Part shown: positions 37,246 through 46,140 of the stretch, in pieces | Layout of the letters: the number at the start of each line of letters is the position of its first letter | How positions within the stretch are numbered: position 1 is the stretch's first letter | Notes under the pieces: generated by a model | The model's database searches: none | The model's input: only the letters and a program-made list of their open reading frames with translations | Told to the model about the DNA's origin: nothing | Translations under genes and position numbers: made by a program | Source of the DNA: Candidatus Poribacteria bacterium | GTDB taxonomy: Bacteria; Poribacteria; WGA-4E; WGA-3G | NCBI GenBank assembly: GCA_958295815.1 | Contig: OY282374.1 | Location: forward strand, 514,856 to 578,855 | DNA length: 64,000 bases | Reading direction: 5' to 3'

Positions 37246-37797
37246 CTAAGTACTAACATAGTTTGAACACAATGTTCTTGCTAACGAAACTCTAAGTGCT
37301 AACTTTACCTAAAAGGATGACTGAAAATGAAGATTATCTACGTTTTACTCACAACGAATAAGAAATCTTCGACGTAATGTAATTGGGCTGTTACAGAATA
37401 AATATAGGGAAACCAGTCTATGTACTGTTCTTGCAGAGAGGATATGTCTTTGCAAGATGAAACGTAGAACAGGTTTCCCTTTAGCATTTAAAAGGGGACT
37501 TTCTGTTTTATGGGATCTTGAGCGCGATGTGGAGTATTGCTTGGGTGGATACGTCAAAGTAGTGGAGTTAGCTGCGTCAATAAGACGTATTGCGTCAAAA
37601 TAGCGTGGTTAAAAATCGGTTTGAATTCGTAGCAATAATGGGGTTACGAGCGAGACTTTTATTCTTCAGTTTCAGGAAAACATCTCTTCTTTTTTTCCTG
37701 AATCGAGTGTTTACTTGTGTTTTAGGCACATCATAGTCGAAAAGACGTTTACGATTGTAACAGTTTTGACACAAATATTATGCTATGTTCAAGGGAA

Positions 37798-37813
37798 TGG
37801 CACGAAATTTGCT
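37798..37813 (+). promoter_or_regulatory. sigma54 (-24/-12) promoter
   Basis: TGGCACGAAATTTGCT, perfect consensus. Confidence 0.78.
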
Positions 37814-38023
37814 CTATCAGTTTTATAGTATCATTATGAGAAACCATATACAACGTAGTTAACGTTGGTCAATCATCAGGAACAATGTCACATACTGGAT
37901 CTCTGAATCACAATTCTATAGAGTATGATACCTGGTATAATACTATCGCCAATCCTTAATGAAGAGGGTAGGAGCAGGTGGGCAAAAATCTGCCTATTCC
38001 ACATTCACAGTGAGGTGAAACAA

Positions 38024-38701
38024 GTGAGAATTGTCATATATACAGCCGGTATTCTTGTCGTCTTAGCGGTTGCATGGACACTGTATCTTAACCTCGGCTT
38101 AAAAGACTTTGAAGCAAGGCTTTCACAGGTTCCTGCGTCTCCCACAACTCCACAGGAGACCTCGCAGGAGACAAAAGTTAGTGAGAGTGATACACAGCCT
38201 GAAACGGAAGTATCCAGTGATGTTTTGGAATTTGATGAGGCTGCTACTGTTGAAGATGTTTACCCGAAAATGGAATCAGAAGAGGATCAAGACTCCCTCG
38301 TTATCTGGACAGACTCGGATACCGAATCGTCCATTGATGCCGAAACAGCGATCGTTGAAGCACCTTTAACTCTTAACGAGGGCACACCGGTAGCAACAGT
38401 TGTGGGTCCCTGTGGTGAAATCTGCGAACCGTCGGAATCGAGTGTAGATATTCTAAGTCTCTCCAAGAATGAGCAGCGTGAGTTCTTCCGTGAAGGCTTG
38501 ATAAGGCGGTTCGGTGATATTCCTGAAGTCCACGTTTTCATTCATTACATGGAACTTGCACACAGTCATCAAACGATTTCAGAGAAAGAGGCTCTGGAAA
38601 ATGCCCGCGCGATTGCCACTCTGTTTCCAAATGAGGCAAACAAAAGACATCTCCAAGAAATGGAGTTGCATGTGGCGTCAAGTAGGGCAACGCGGAGATA
38701 G
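38024..38701 (+). CDS. Hypothetical membrane-anchored protein with acidic low-complexity linker
   Basis: N-terminal TM, E/S/T-rich region, C-terminal helical domain; GAGGTG RBS before GTG 38024. Confidence 0.7.
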   Translation: MRIVIYTAGILVVLAVAWTLYLNLGLKDFEARLSQVPASPTTPQETSQETKVSESDTQPETEVSSDVLEFDEAATVEDVYPKMESEEDQDSLVIWTDSDTESSIDAETAIVEAPLTLNEGTPVATVVGPCGEICEPSESSVDILSLSKNEQREFFREGLIRRFGDIPEVHVFIHYMELAHSHQTISEKEALENARAIATLFPNEANKRHLQEMELHVASSRATRR

Positions 38702-38954
38702 CGATTCTTTTGATAAATAGCTTGTCAAAACAATTAATGCAAACAAAAACGACAGGTTGCTCAATCTGTCGTTTTTGTTTTGAAAATTCGTCTAAGTAAG
38801 AAAATACGATTGCCATAGCGGCGGATGTCCCTGCGCCGAAACCTGAATCGAAAGTGAGCTGTTGGAGCGGAATTTTCAAAATGCGAAAGAAATGCGGATC
38901 TTCAAATCCAAACGGTTGATGTTACATACCATCAGAAATCCAACGGAGAGTCTG

Positions 38955-39671
38955 ATGAAATTAGTTATTATTCTAGGGATGTTTATTTTTTTGACTTTCT
39001 CTGCCTCAGCAGGGACGTTTGTAGAGACATTCGATGGTGGGGATTTGGATGAATGGCGGGAAATTATCTTGTTAGATCTTAAGATTAAGCCTGGGACTTG
39101 GGAAATTATTGACGGTGAACTTCACGGGACAATGCGTCATATAGGGCTGCCACGTCTGCTGACGACGGGTGATGAAAAGTGGCGTAATTACACCATTGAA
39201 GTTGATGTATTCCCTCTCGAAAAACACAGTCCCGGAAATATTGGAATAGCTGCGCGAATTCAGGGAACTGTCGGGATAATTAGTCTTATTGGGGATTATG
39301 CCTTCCCATTTCCGGCGAACCCCAACCCTGGACTAACAGTGACATGTTTTGGCGGTGATTTTCACGACAATATTCTCCACTTATTTGGGACTGAAGTTAG
39401 CCCATTGTTGGAATTAGGAACATGGTCTACTATGAAACTCCAGGTGAATGAAGATGTGTTTACGCTTTGGCTGAATGGTGAGCAAGTTTTGCTAGCGAGA
39501 GATGACACCTTTGACTTTTCTACAGGTCGAGTAGGTTTGGTTCTCACAGGTTATACGGTGAAGTTCGATGATTTGGTGATCACCGGCGATGGCATCCCAA
39601 ATAAGGGAAAATTATCAGTAACCCCGACAGACAAACTCGCGACAATGTGGAGTAGTTTGAAGCAGTTTTAA
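38955..39671 (+). CDS. Exported DUF1080/LamG-like beta-sandwich protein with conserved C-terminal tail
   Basis: Signal peptide; WEIIDGEL, GDEKWRNYTIEVD, GRVGL, FDDLVITG; ends DKLATMWSSLKQF. Confidence 0.75.
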   Translation: MKLVIILGMFIFLTFSASAGTFVETFDGGDLDEWREIILLDLKIKPGTWEIIDGELHGTMRHIGLPRLLTTGDEKWRNYTIEVDVFPLEKHSPGNIGIAARIQGTVGIISLIGDYAFPFPANPNPGLTVTCFGGDFHDNILHLFGTEVSPLLELGTWSTMKLQVNEDVFTLWLNGEQVLLARDDTFDFSTGRVGLVLTGYTVKFDDLVITGDGIPNKGKLSVTPTDKLATMWSSLKQF

Positions 39672-39693
39672 ACTAAAAGAGTGAGGGATATCC

Positions 39694-40254
39694 ATGCTAA
39701 AATCTCCTGCTAAAATCCATCGTGTCCACAAATTTATACACAACAATAAGTTGTGTATCGCCGATCTAGATCGGTTCCGGTTGATAGAAATTAATCGGGT
39801 TGCGTGGGATGTCATCAATCTGAACGCAATGCAACATATCAACACATCACCTTTTTTTCTTATTAACGGCGATGTCCTTCTTGAGAACTTTTCACTACGA
39901 GAAATGTTAAAATGCTTTGATCAAAAGATGATGGGACTCCTGCTAAGTGTACGAGTAGATGATATTCGTCCTTACGGCGAAATCGTATCAGATAGCGATG
40001 GGAGAGTCCAAGCATTTCGTGAAAAACAGCCAATCTGCCGAGCTGGATACATTAACGGTGGCGTGTATCTCTTCAATCGAACTGTCATTGACGCGTTTCC
40101 TAAACACCGAGAGCATTTCTCTATAGAACGAGAGGTCTTCCCATACCTATCCAATCTTTACGCTTTGAAGACCGAAGCGAGTTGGATTGATATTGGAGTT
40201 CCAGAGCGATTAGCGTATGCGAGACAACACTTTCAAAACGGAGCCTGTCGATGA
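39694..40254 (+). pseudogene. N-terminally truncated sugar-phosphate nucleotidyltransferase
   Basis: Retains FFLINGD, YGEI, FREK, YINGGVY, SIERE and WIDIGVPE; lacks the N-terminal AGGxGTRL nucleotide-binding loop. Confidence 0.65.
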
Positions 40255-41720
40255 ATCCCGACATCTTTCGAGCATACGACATTCGCGGCATTCTTGGCGT
40301 GGACTTTGAACCGAAAGATTTTTATCGAATTGCCCGTGCTTTCGCTGCTCGATTTCAACCGAAAATTGTCGCCTTAGGACACGATGTCCGAGAAAGTTCT
40401 TCTCATCTATGGCAACAGGTCGCAGACGGACTCCGAGACTCGGGTGTTGACGTGCTTGATCTCGGTCAGATTTCAACCGATATGCTCTATTTCGCTGTAG
40501 TGCAATATCAGACGGATGGAGGTATTATCATTTCCGCCTCCCATAATCCAGCAGCTTATAATGGCATGAAACTGGTCCGTCAGCATGCTGTACCACTTTC
40601 TTCAGAAACCGGACTCTTTGATGTACGCGATGCCGTTGAAAGCAAAGACCAATTTGAAAAACATATCGCTAGCAAACGCGGCAATCTTCGGACTGCCCTG
40701 TTTTTGGACGCATACCTTGCACATCTGCGGTCTTTTGTGAATTTGCAGCAGCTTTTGAACAGGCGAATTGTCATCAATGCTAATGGTGGACTTGCTGGGC
40801 ATATTGCCGAATGCCTGTTAACATCAACACAGATTCAGATCTGTAAACGGCTATTTTGCAAGCCTGATGGAACATTCACCAACATTCCAGAGGATCGCCC
40901 CGACCCGCTACGCCCCGAGAATCGAAAATTAACGATAGAGACAGTCAAGCAGACAAGTGCGGATCTGGCGGTCGCATGGGACGTAGATGCAGATAGGTGC
41001 TTTTTTTATGATGAAAATGGAGAATTCGTTGAGGGATGTTACATTACGGCACTGCTCGCGGAATGCCTTCTTCAACAAAAACGAGGTGGAATTGTCATTT
41101 TTGACCCAAGAGCCATTTGGGCAGTGGAGAACTCCGTTACTTCTGCCAATGGCACACCACTTCTCAACCGATGCGGACACTCGTTTATCAAAATCCGCAT
41201 GCGGGAAACTGATGCCCTTTTTGCAGGAGAAACCAGTGGACACTACTATTTCCGTGACAATTTCTATGCTGATAACGGTATGCTCCCCTTTTTGTTTGTA
41301 CTTGAAATCCTCTGTGCAAAGAGGAGTTCACTCGCGGAACTGGTTAACCCTCTCCGAGCGAAATATCCGGTTTCTGGTGAAATCAACTTTGCGTTTGAAA
41401 GTCGTAATCTGATGCATGTTGCGATGAACACAGTCGAGCGTACACTGCACCAATTAGGGAGCCATTTCCACCTTGAAGCCCCTGTTGATGGCATGTCGGT
41501 CCGATTTCTCACAAACCGCCGAAGCGGCAATTTCAGTCGTCCAGAACCCGGCAGCTGGCGGTTCAATCTCCGAGAGTCAAACACTGAACCACTTTTGCGA
41601 TTCAATCTTGAAAACGTTGAGTCTCTCTCTCTTCATGTTGAAAAAACGGAGCAGCTTAGTGAAATGCTGGAGAACCTCGGCGGCAGACGAGAAACAAAAT
41701 TTCGTTGGGAAAATGGATAA
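40251..41720 (+). CDS. Phosphomannomutase/phosphoglucomutase
   Basis: IFRAYDIRG, ISASHNP, WDVDADR, GETSGH and RESNTEPLLR motifs. Confidence 0.92.
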   Translation: MNPDIFRAYDIRGILGVDFEPKDFYRIARAFAARFQPKIVALGHDVRESSSHLWQQVADGLRDSGVDVLDLGQISTDMLYFAVVQYQTDGGIIISASHNPAAYNGMKLVRQHAVPLSSETGLFDVRDAVESKDQFEKHIASKRGNLRTALFLDAYLAHLRSFVNLQQLLNRRIVINANGGLAGHIAECLLTSTQIQICKRLFCKPDGTFTNIPEDRPDPLRPENRKLTIETVKQTSADLAVAWDVDADRCFFYDENGEFVEGCYITALLAECLLQQKRGGIVIFDPRAIWAVENSVTSANGTPLLNRCGHSFIKIRMRETDALFAGETSGHYYFRDNFYADNGMLPFLFVLEILCAKRSSLAELVNPLRAKYPVSGEINFAFESRNLMHVAMNTVERTLHQLGSHFHLEAPVDGMSVRFLTNRRSGNFSRPEPGSWRFNLRESNTEPLLRFNLENVESLSLHVEKTEQLSEMLENLGGRRETKFRWENG

Positions 41721-41850
41721 TTCCGTGAAATGAACCAAGAGAACTTCTCCTAGTAATGGTTTTGAATTATCTCATTATGCCAGGAAGTTCTCATTCTACG
41801 GTGTTGTTCTATTCTGAGGACTTACTTTGAACTCACGTCATAGGAGGATT

Positions 41851-42597
41851 ATGATGAAATCAATTATTATTATCGCCATACTTTTCCTTTTTCCCTTCTG
41901 TACATGGTCAGGCACGTTTCTGGAAACTTTCGATCACGGTGATCTTGAGGGTTGGCAGGAACTTAGTGCCCATGACGCTTTACCCGGTTCATGGGAGATC
42001 ATTGATGGCGAACTTCAGGCAATAATTCCTGGGGCATCTCGTTATCTCATAACGGGTGATGAGACATGGAAAGATTACAGTATCCAGGTTGATGTGATGC
42101 CTCTTGAAAAACCAGGTCCCGGAAATATCTCGATTCTCGCCCGTGTTAAAGGAAATTGGGCAGTTGATTGTGGGATTACCGACCTGATTTTCAATGATCC
42201 TGAATCAAAAGTGGTATGTTCTAGCCTTGATGTTCACGCAAATGAAGGCACCGTTCTGCACATTGAACCTTATCCGGCTTTAAGATCAAATAAATGGTCT
42301 AGACTGAAATTAAGTGTCAATGGAGATCACTTTAGTTTCTGGATAAATGAGAAGAAGATTGTGGAAACGGGAGGAGAGTTTGTCCTCATACAAGACGGTC
42401 GGGAATTTCAACTAAAGACAATGGATCTCTCACGCCACCCGGTAGACACAGGCGGGGCAGGTTTTGGTCTCGCGTATCATACAGCGAGATTCGATAATAT
42501 TACGATCATCGGCGATAGTATACCTGACAAAGGTAGATTACCAGTATCGCCTCAAGCAAACCTATCGACAATGTGGAGTAGTTTGAAGCAGTTTTAG
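41851..42597 (+). CDS. Exported DUF1080/LamG-like protein with conserved C-terminal tail (paralog of 38955)
   Basis: AGGAGG RBS; signal peptide; WEIIDGEL, GDETWKDYSIQVD; ends ANLSTMWSSLKQF. Confidence 0.75.
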   Translation: MMKSIIIIAILFLFPFCTWSGTFLETFDHGDLEGWQELSAHDALPGSWEIIDGELQAIIPGASRYLITGDETWKDYSIQVDVMPLEKPGPGNISILARVKGNWAVDCGITDLIFNDPESKVVCSSLDVHANEGTVLHIEPYPALRSNKWSRLKLSVNGDHFSFWINEKKIVETGGEFVLIQDGREFQLKTMDLSRHPVDTGGAGFGLAYHTARFDNITIIGDSIPDKGRLPVSPQANLSTMWSSLKQF

Positions 42598-42755
42598 AAG
42601 GTTGCCATTAAGAATGTCTCTGCTGGAATCAGATCTACATCAGCTGGGTAAATTCCACCACAATGATAGTTTATACATTGTTTAAATTTGAATATGCCTT
42701 TGGAGAAAAATAGGGTTACCGAGTTTTAAAACGACTTTGGATTGGAATAAATCAA

Positions 42756-43925
42756 ATGAGTTTCAGTGTTTTTGAACTATTAACGTACGAAAGAATGATT
42801 TTTTTCGCAATTTTGAGCTGTGGACTTTATGCCAGTTACACTGATTTCCGCTACGGGAAAATCGCTAACGGTTACACCGTGTTTTTAATCGGCTTTGGTA
42901 TAATCTGTCAAATGGTATTCGTAAGTGAAGGAGACATCACCTGGATACACAGTTGTGTTACCCTTTTCGGTGGATTAGGTATCTCTTTTGTATTGTTTTA
43001 TACCGGGATATGGGCAGCTGGGGATGCTAAACTGTTTTGGGGTATCAGTTTACTGATGCCACCGAGTGCTTTTACCCGTACCCCGGAGACGCAATTTTAT
43101 CCGTTGATCTTGATGGTGAATATTTTTCTCCTTTTTTTGGTCTATATCACATTACAGTCCGTCTATAAATTGACCTTTCAACAGCAGCGGATGCTGATTG
43201 TCAAAGGTTTTGTTGCACAAGCAAAGCAATTTCCGAAACGCCTTCTTCAGGTGCTTTCTTATGTCGGTGTAAGTGGACTGGCTTTTTATATTCCCGCACA
43301 CCTTGGTATAGAGTTAGATGTCGCAATCCGCATAGCTCTATTCATAGCGATTGCTTTTGCTTTCAATAGAGTAGTTGAAAAGTACATCCCTCAGAAATAC
43401 AGAATCACATTTCATATTCCGTTTCTCCTTTTAGCTCTCTTTTTGGCTATCCCTTCGCTAATTCAACTCGGTATTTTTATCGTCATTATCTTTGTTTTTC
43501 CATGGTTTCTAATCATGTTTGACTCTGTAGTCCGTTCCGTTTTTACAAAACAGGTTCCTATTGAAAGTCTTCGTCCTAACATGATCCCTGCGGAACGCAT
43601 CGTCAAAATTGAAGGACAAAACATGGACGATAAATACGTGAAAACTCCTGCAGGTTTTGCAAATCCGGCGCGAGATAGCATTATTGTGGATGTTTCATCT
43701 GAAGGGTTAACATCGCCCCAGGTTGAGCACTTGCGCCAACTTGCTGCAGAAGGTAGTTTGAAGGAATACGAAAATAGACTGCTTATTCAGGAAAAAATCC
43801 CATTTGCTTTGATGATTGTTTTGGGCGGCTTAGTGACACTACCTGCAAAGGGGATTGCTTATTCGTTTTTTCAGAGTGCAGAGATGCATCAGGTTTTGGA
43901 GAGAATAGGTTCGTTCTTTTCTTGA
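42756..43925 (+). CDS. A24 family (prepilin/preflagellin peptidase-like) intramembrane aspartyl protease, long form
   Basis: YTDFRYGKIAN (Asp1) and WAAGDAKL (Asp2); extra TMs; C-terminal LRPNMIPAE...EGLT...IPFA domain as in FlaK-type enzymes. Confidence 0.75.
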   Translation: MSFSVFELLTYERMIFFAILSCGLYASYTDFRYGKIANGYTVFLIGFGIICQMVFVSEGDITWIHSCVTLFGGLGISFVLFYTGIWAAGDAKLFWGISLLMPPSAFTRTPETQFYPLILMVNIFLLFLVYITLQSVYKLTFQQQRMLIVKGFVAQAKQFPKRLLQVLSYVGVSGLAFYIPAHLGIELDVAIRIALFIAIAFAFNRVVEKYIPQKYRITFHIPFLLLALFLAIPSLIQLGIFIVIIFVFPWFLIMFDSVVRSVFTKQVPIESLRPNMIPAERIVKIEGQNMDDKYVKTPAGFANPARDSIIVDVSSEGLTSPQVEHLRQLAAEGSLKEYENRLLIQEKIPFALMIVLGGLVTLPAKGIAYSFFQSAEMHQVLERIGSFFS

Positions 43926-44435
43926 TTAAAAAATAGCTGGAGTAATCGAGAATATTTACCTTACGTTACTCTCTGGTGTTTTTTGCCTTTGAGTTCTTGG
44001 GTATCCGTACTCTACAAATCTTATCATGTACGGATGATATATAATGACTGTCCCTCCTTGTATACATATCCTCCGTACCTACCACTTGTCACTCACCTTA
44101 CATATTTCCTTCTATTAATTGTGGATTCCACAAGGAAATGCCGATATACAAATCAATAGTGGAACAACTTTGGAGTATATGGGCAATTGACTTGCTATGC
44201 AATCCTTTCTATGCGTGAAATTTTTGCAGAATTTTATGGTATATAGTGGTAATTTTTGCGTGCTAATATCGGAAATGAATTACAAATGAATTTCATTATA
44301 ATGTTTTCAAGAAAAGATAATTACTTTGTTTCTTTTTGATAAACCCAGTGTGTGTCTGTGTTTTAGGGGAGTCTAAGCAATAAATATATACCATTATATG
44401 ATTTTTATATAAATAATGTATATTTATATATCAAT

Positions 44436-44451
44436 TGGCACTAAATTTGCT
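44436..44451 (+). promoter_or_regulatory. sigma54 (-24/-12) promoter upstream of the activator gene
   Basis: TGGCACTAAATTTGCT in an AT-rich intergenic region. Confidence 0.72.
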
Positions 44452-44771
44452 TGTCTTAATATAGCAGTTCTCACTAAATTTGCATGCTTTTATTAACAAG
44501 GGCGTACTTTGATTTTAATTGAATAAAGTTGTTATCGACTGTGTGTAACTTTCTGAGGAATATATTTGCGGTGTTGATTGCTGATAGTTATCAGTGAAGT
44601 TGTTTTCGTCATAGATATTCAACTGGAAACAACGGTTTCTGACTCACCACTCATACGCGCTAAGTCCTTGAATCAAACTTACATTCGCAAGGAGCGCGCA
44701 TTGCAACGTGACAGGCAGTGAATTTCTTGAACCTGTTCAAAAGCATTAGATGAATCGGGTAGTGTGTAAAA

Positions 44772-46031
44772 ATGAACGACCGAATCAGAGAAGAGAATAC
44801 CTCTAATGAAGTACACATTGTTATTATTAGTGATGTGCCTGATACAGCAAGAAAATTAAAGGACGAGCTTGAACAGAACGGATATAAAGTCTCTATTGCT
44901 ACCGATCGCGACACACAAATCTCGCTCCGCGCTGGCGATGCAATCTTGCGGGTGACCTACGAGGATAACGCTAACTTGCTAATTTCAGGACAACAAAGAG
45001 ATAGCGTGTTTGCGATTGTGGAAGAGGCTCAGTCTGCGCTGAGAAGAGATAAATTTTCAGGGGATTACGGAGAAATTATTGGAGAAAGTTCCCAAATTTT
45101 TGAGGTTCTACAGCAAATTGAAGATCTTGCAGCTACGCCGTTGAGAGTCCTAATTTCTGGTGAAACCGGAACAGGTAAGGGGGTGGTCGCGCGTGCCCTG
45201 CATGAAAATAGTGGCAGATCGGGTGAAATGGTTTCTATCAACTGTGCAGCAATACCAGTAAACTTACTGGAAAGTGAGTTGTTTGGACATGAGAGAGGCG
45301 CATTTACAAGTGCCGATGCCCGACGTATTGGTAGGTTTGAAAGGGCTCACAATGGGACGCTGTTTCTTGATGAAATCGTTGAGATGCCGCTCTCCATGCA
45401 ACCGAAGTTGTTACGCGCAATTGAGGAAGGCGAAATTGAACGCGTTGGTGGTGAAAAGCCAATTGCAGTGAATGTCCGAATTGTGGCGGCTACCAACAAG
45501 GATCTTGCGCGAGCTGTTAAAGATGGTATATTTCGTGAAGACCTCTATTATCGATTGAATGTTGCCTCTATATCTCTACCGATGTTATCAGAGAGAAAGG
45601 AGGATATCTATGTGTTAGTGTCGCATTTCCTTGAGAAATATCGACGATTTTTCAGTCCCTCAATTTTGCAAATCGCTAAAAGTACGCGAGCTCTCCTTGA
45701 AACCTATCCATGGCCCGGGAATGTGCGAGAGTTGGAGAATGCTATTGAGAGAGCTTCTTACCTTATTAAAAAAGGAGTGCTCTTACCGGAGCACCTACCA
45801 GAAGAGATTACGGCGTACCAAAGACAACCTGTGGATGTCTCCAAAGAGATTTCTACATTTGAAGACGAGCAAAAGGTGAGCGTGCCTCTTGGAACGAAGT
45901 TTGACGCAATGGAAGAAGCTTTCATTCGTACCACTTTGGAATGGCATGATGGGAATCGAACAAAAACGGCGGAGACACTCGGGATTGGTATACGAACGTT
46001 ACAGAGGAAGTTGAAAAAATATAACGCTTAA
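44772..46031 (+). CDS. sigma54-dependent transcriptional activator (NtrC-like EBP)
   Basis: GETGTGK, ESELFGHERGAFTSA, LFLDEI, FREDLYYRL, WPGNVRELEN and Fis-type HTH. Confidence 0.95.
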   Translation: MNDRIREENTSNEVHIVIISDVPDTARKLKDELEQNGYKVSIATDRDTQISLRAGDAILRVTYEDNANLLISGQQRDSVFAIVEEAQSALRRDKFSGDYGEIIGESSQIFEVLQQIEDLAATPLRVLISGETGTGKGVVARALHENSGRSGEMVSINCAAIPVNLLESELFGHERGAFTSADARRIGRFERAHNGTLFLDEIVEMPLSMQPKLLRAIEEGEIERVGGEKPIAVNVRIVAATNKDLARAVKDGIFREDLYYRLNVASISLPMLSERKEDIYVLVSHFLEKYRRFFSPSILQIAKSTRALLETYPWPGNVRELENAIERASYLIKKGVLLPEHLPEEITAYQRQPVDVSKEISTFEDEQKVSVPLGTKFDAMEEAFIRTTLEWHDGNRTKTAETLGIGIRTLQRKLKKYNA

Positions 46032-46140
46032 TTTCGGTTATCAGAGAATATGATACTTTTCTCTTTGTCCAAATTTTCCCTTGTTTAAACAGAAGCAACA
46101 TGTTAAAATGGTGTGGATGTAGTAACTGAGGAGAGTGGAC

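Noticed and set aside
37457..37603. 48-aa ORF starting MKRRTGFPLAF as a pilin substrate for the A24 peptidase
   Set aside because: No Glu+5 and no hydrophobic helix after the G/F site; it overlaps the candidate enhancer boxes.
43960..44080. Small minus-strand ORFs and a GTACGGA...TCCGTAC hairpin in the AT-rich gap
   Set aside because: Poor RBS spacing, no recognisable motif, and no RNA family I can support.
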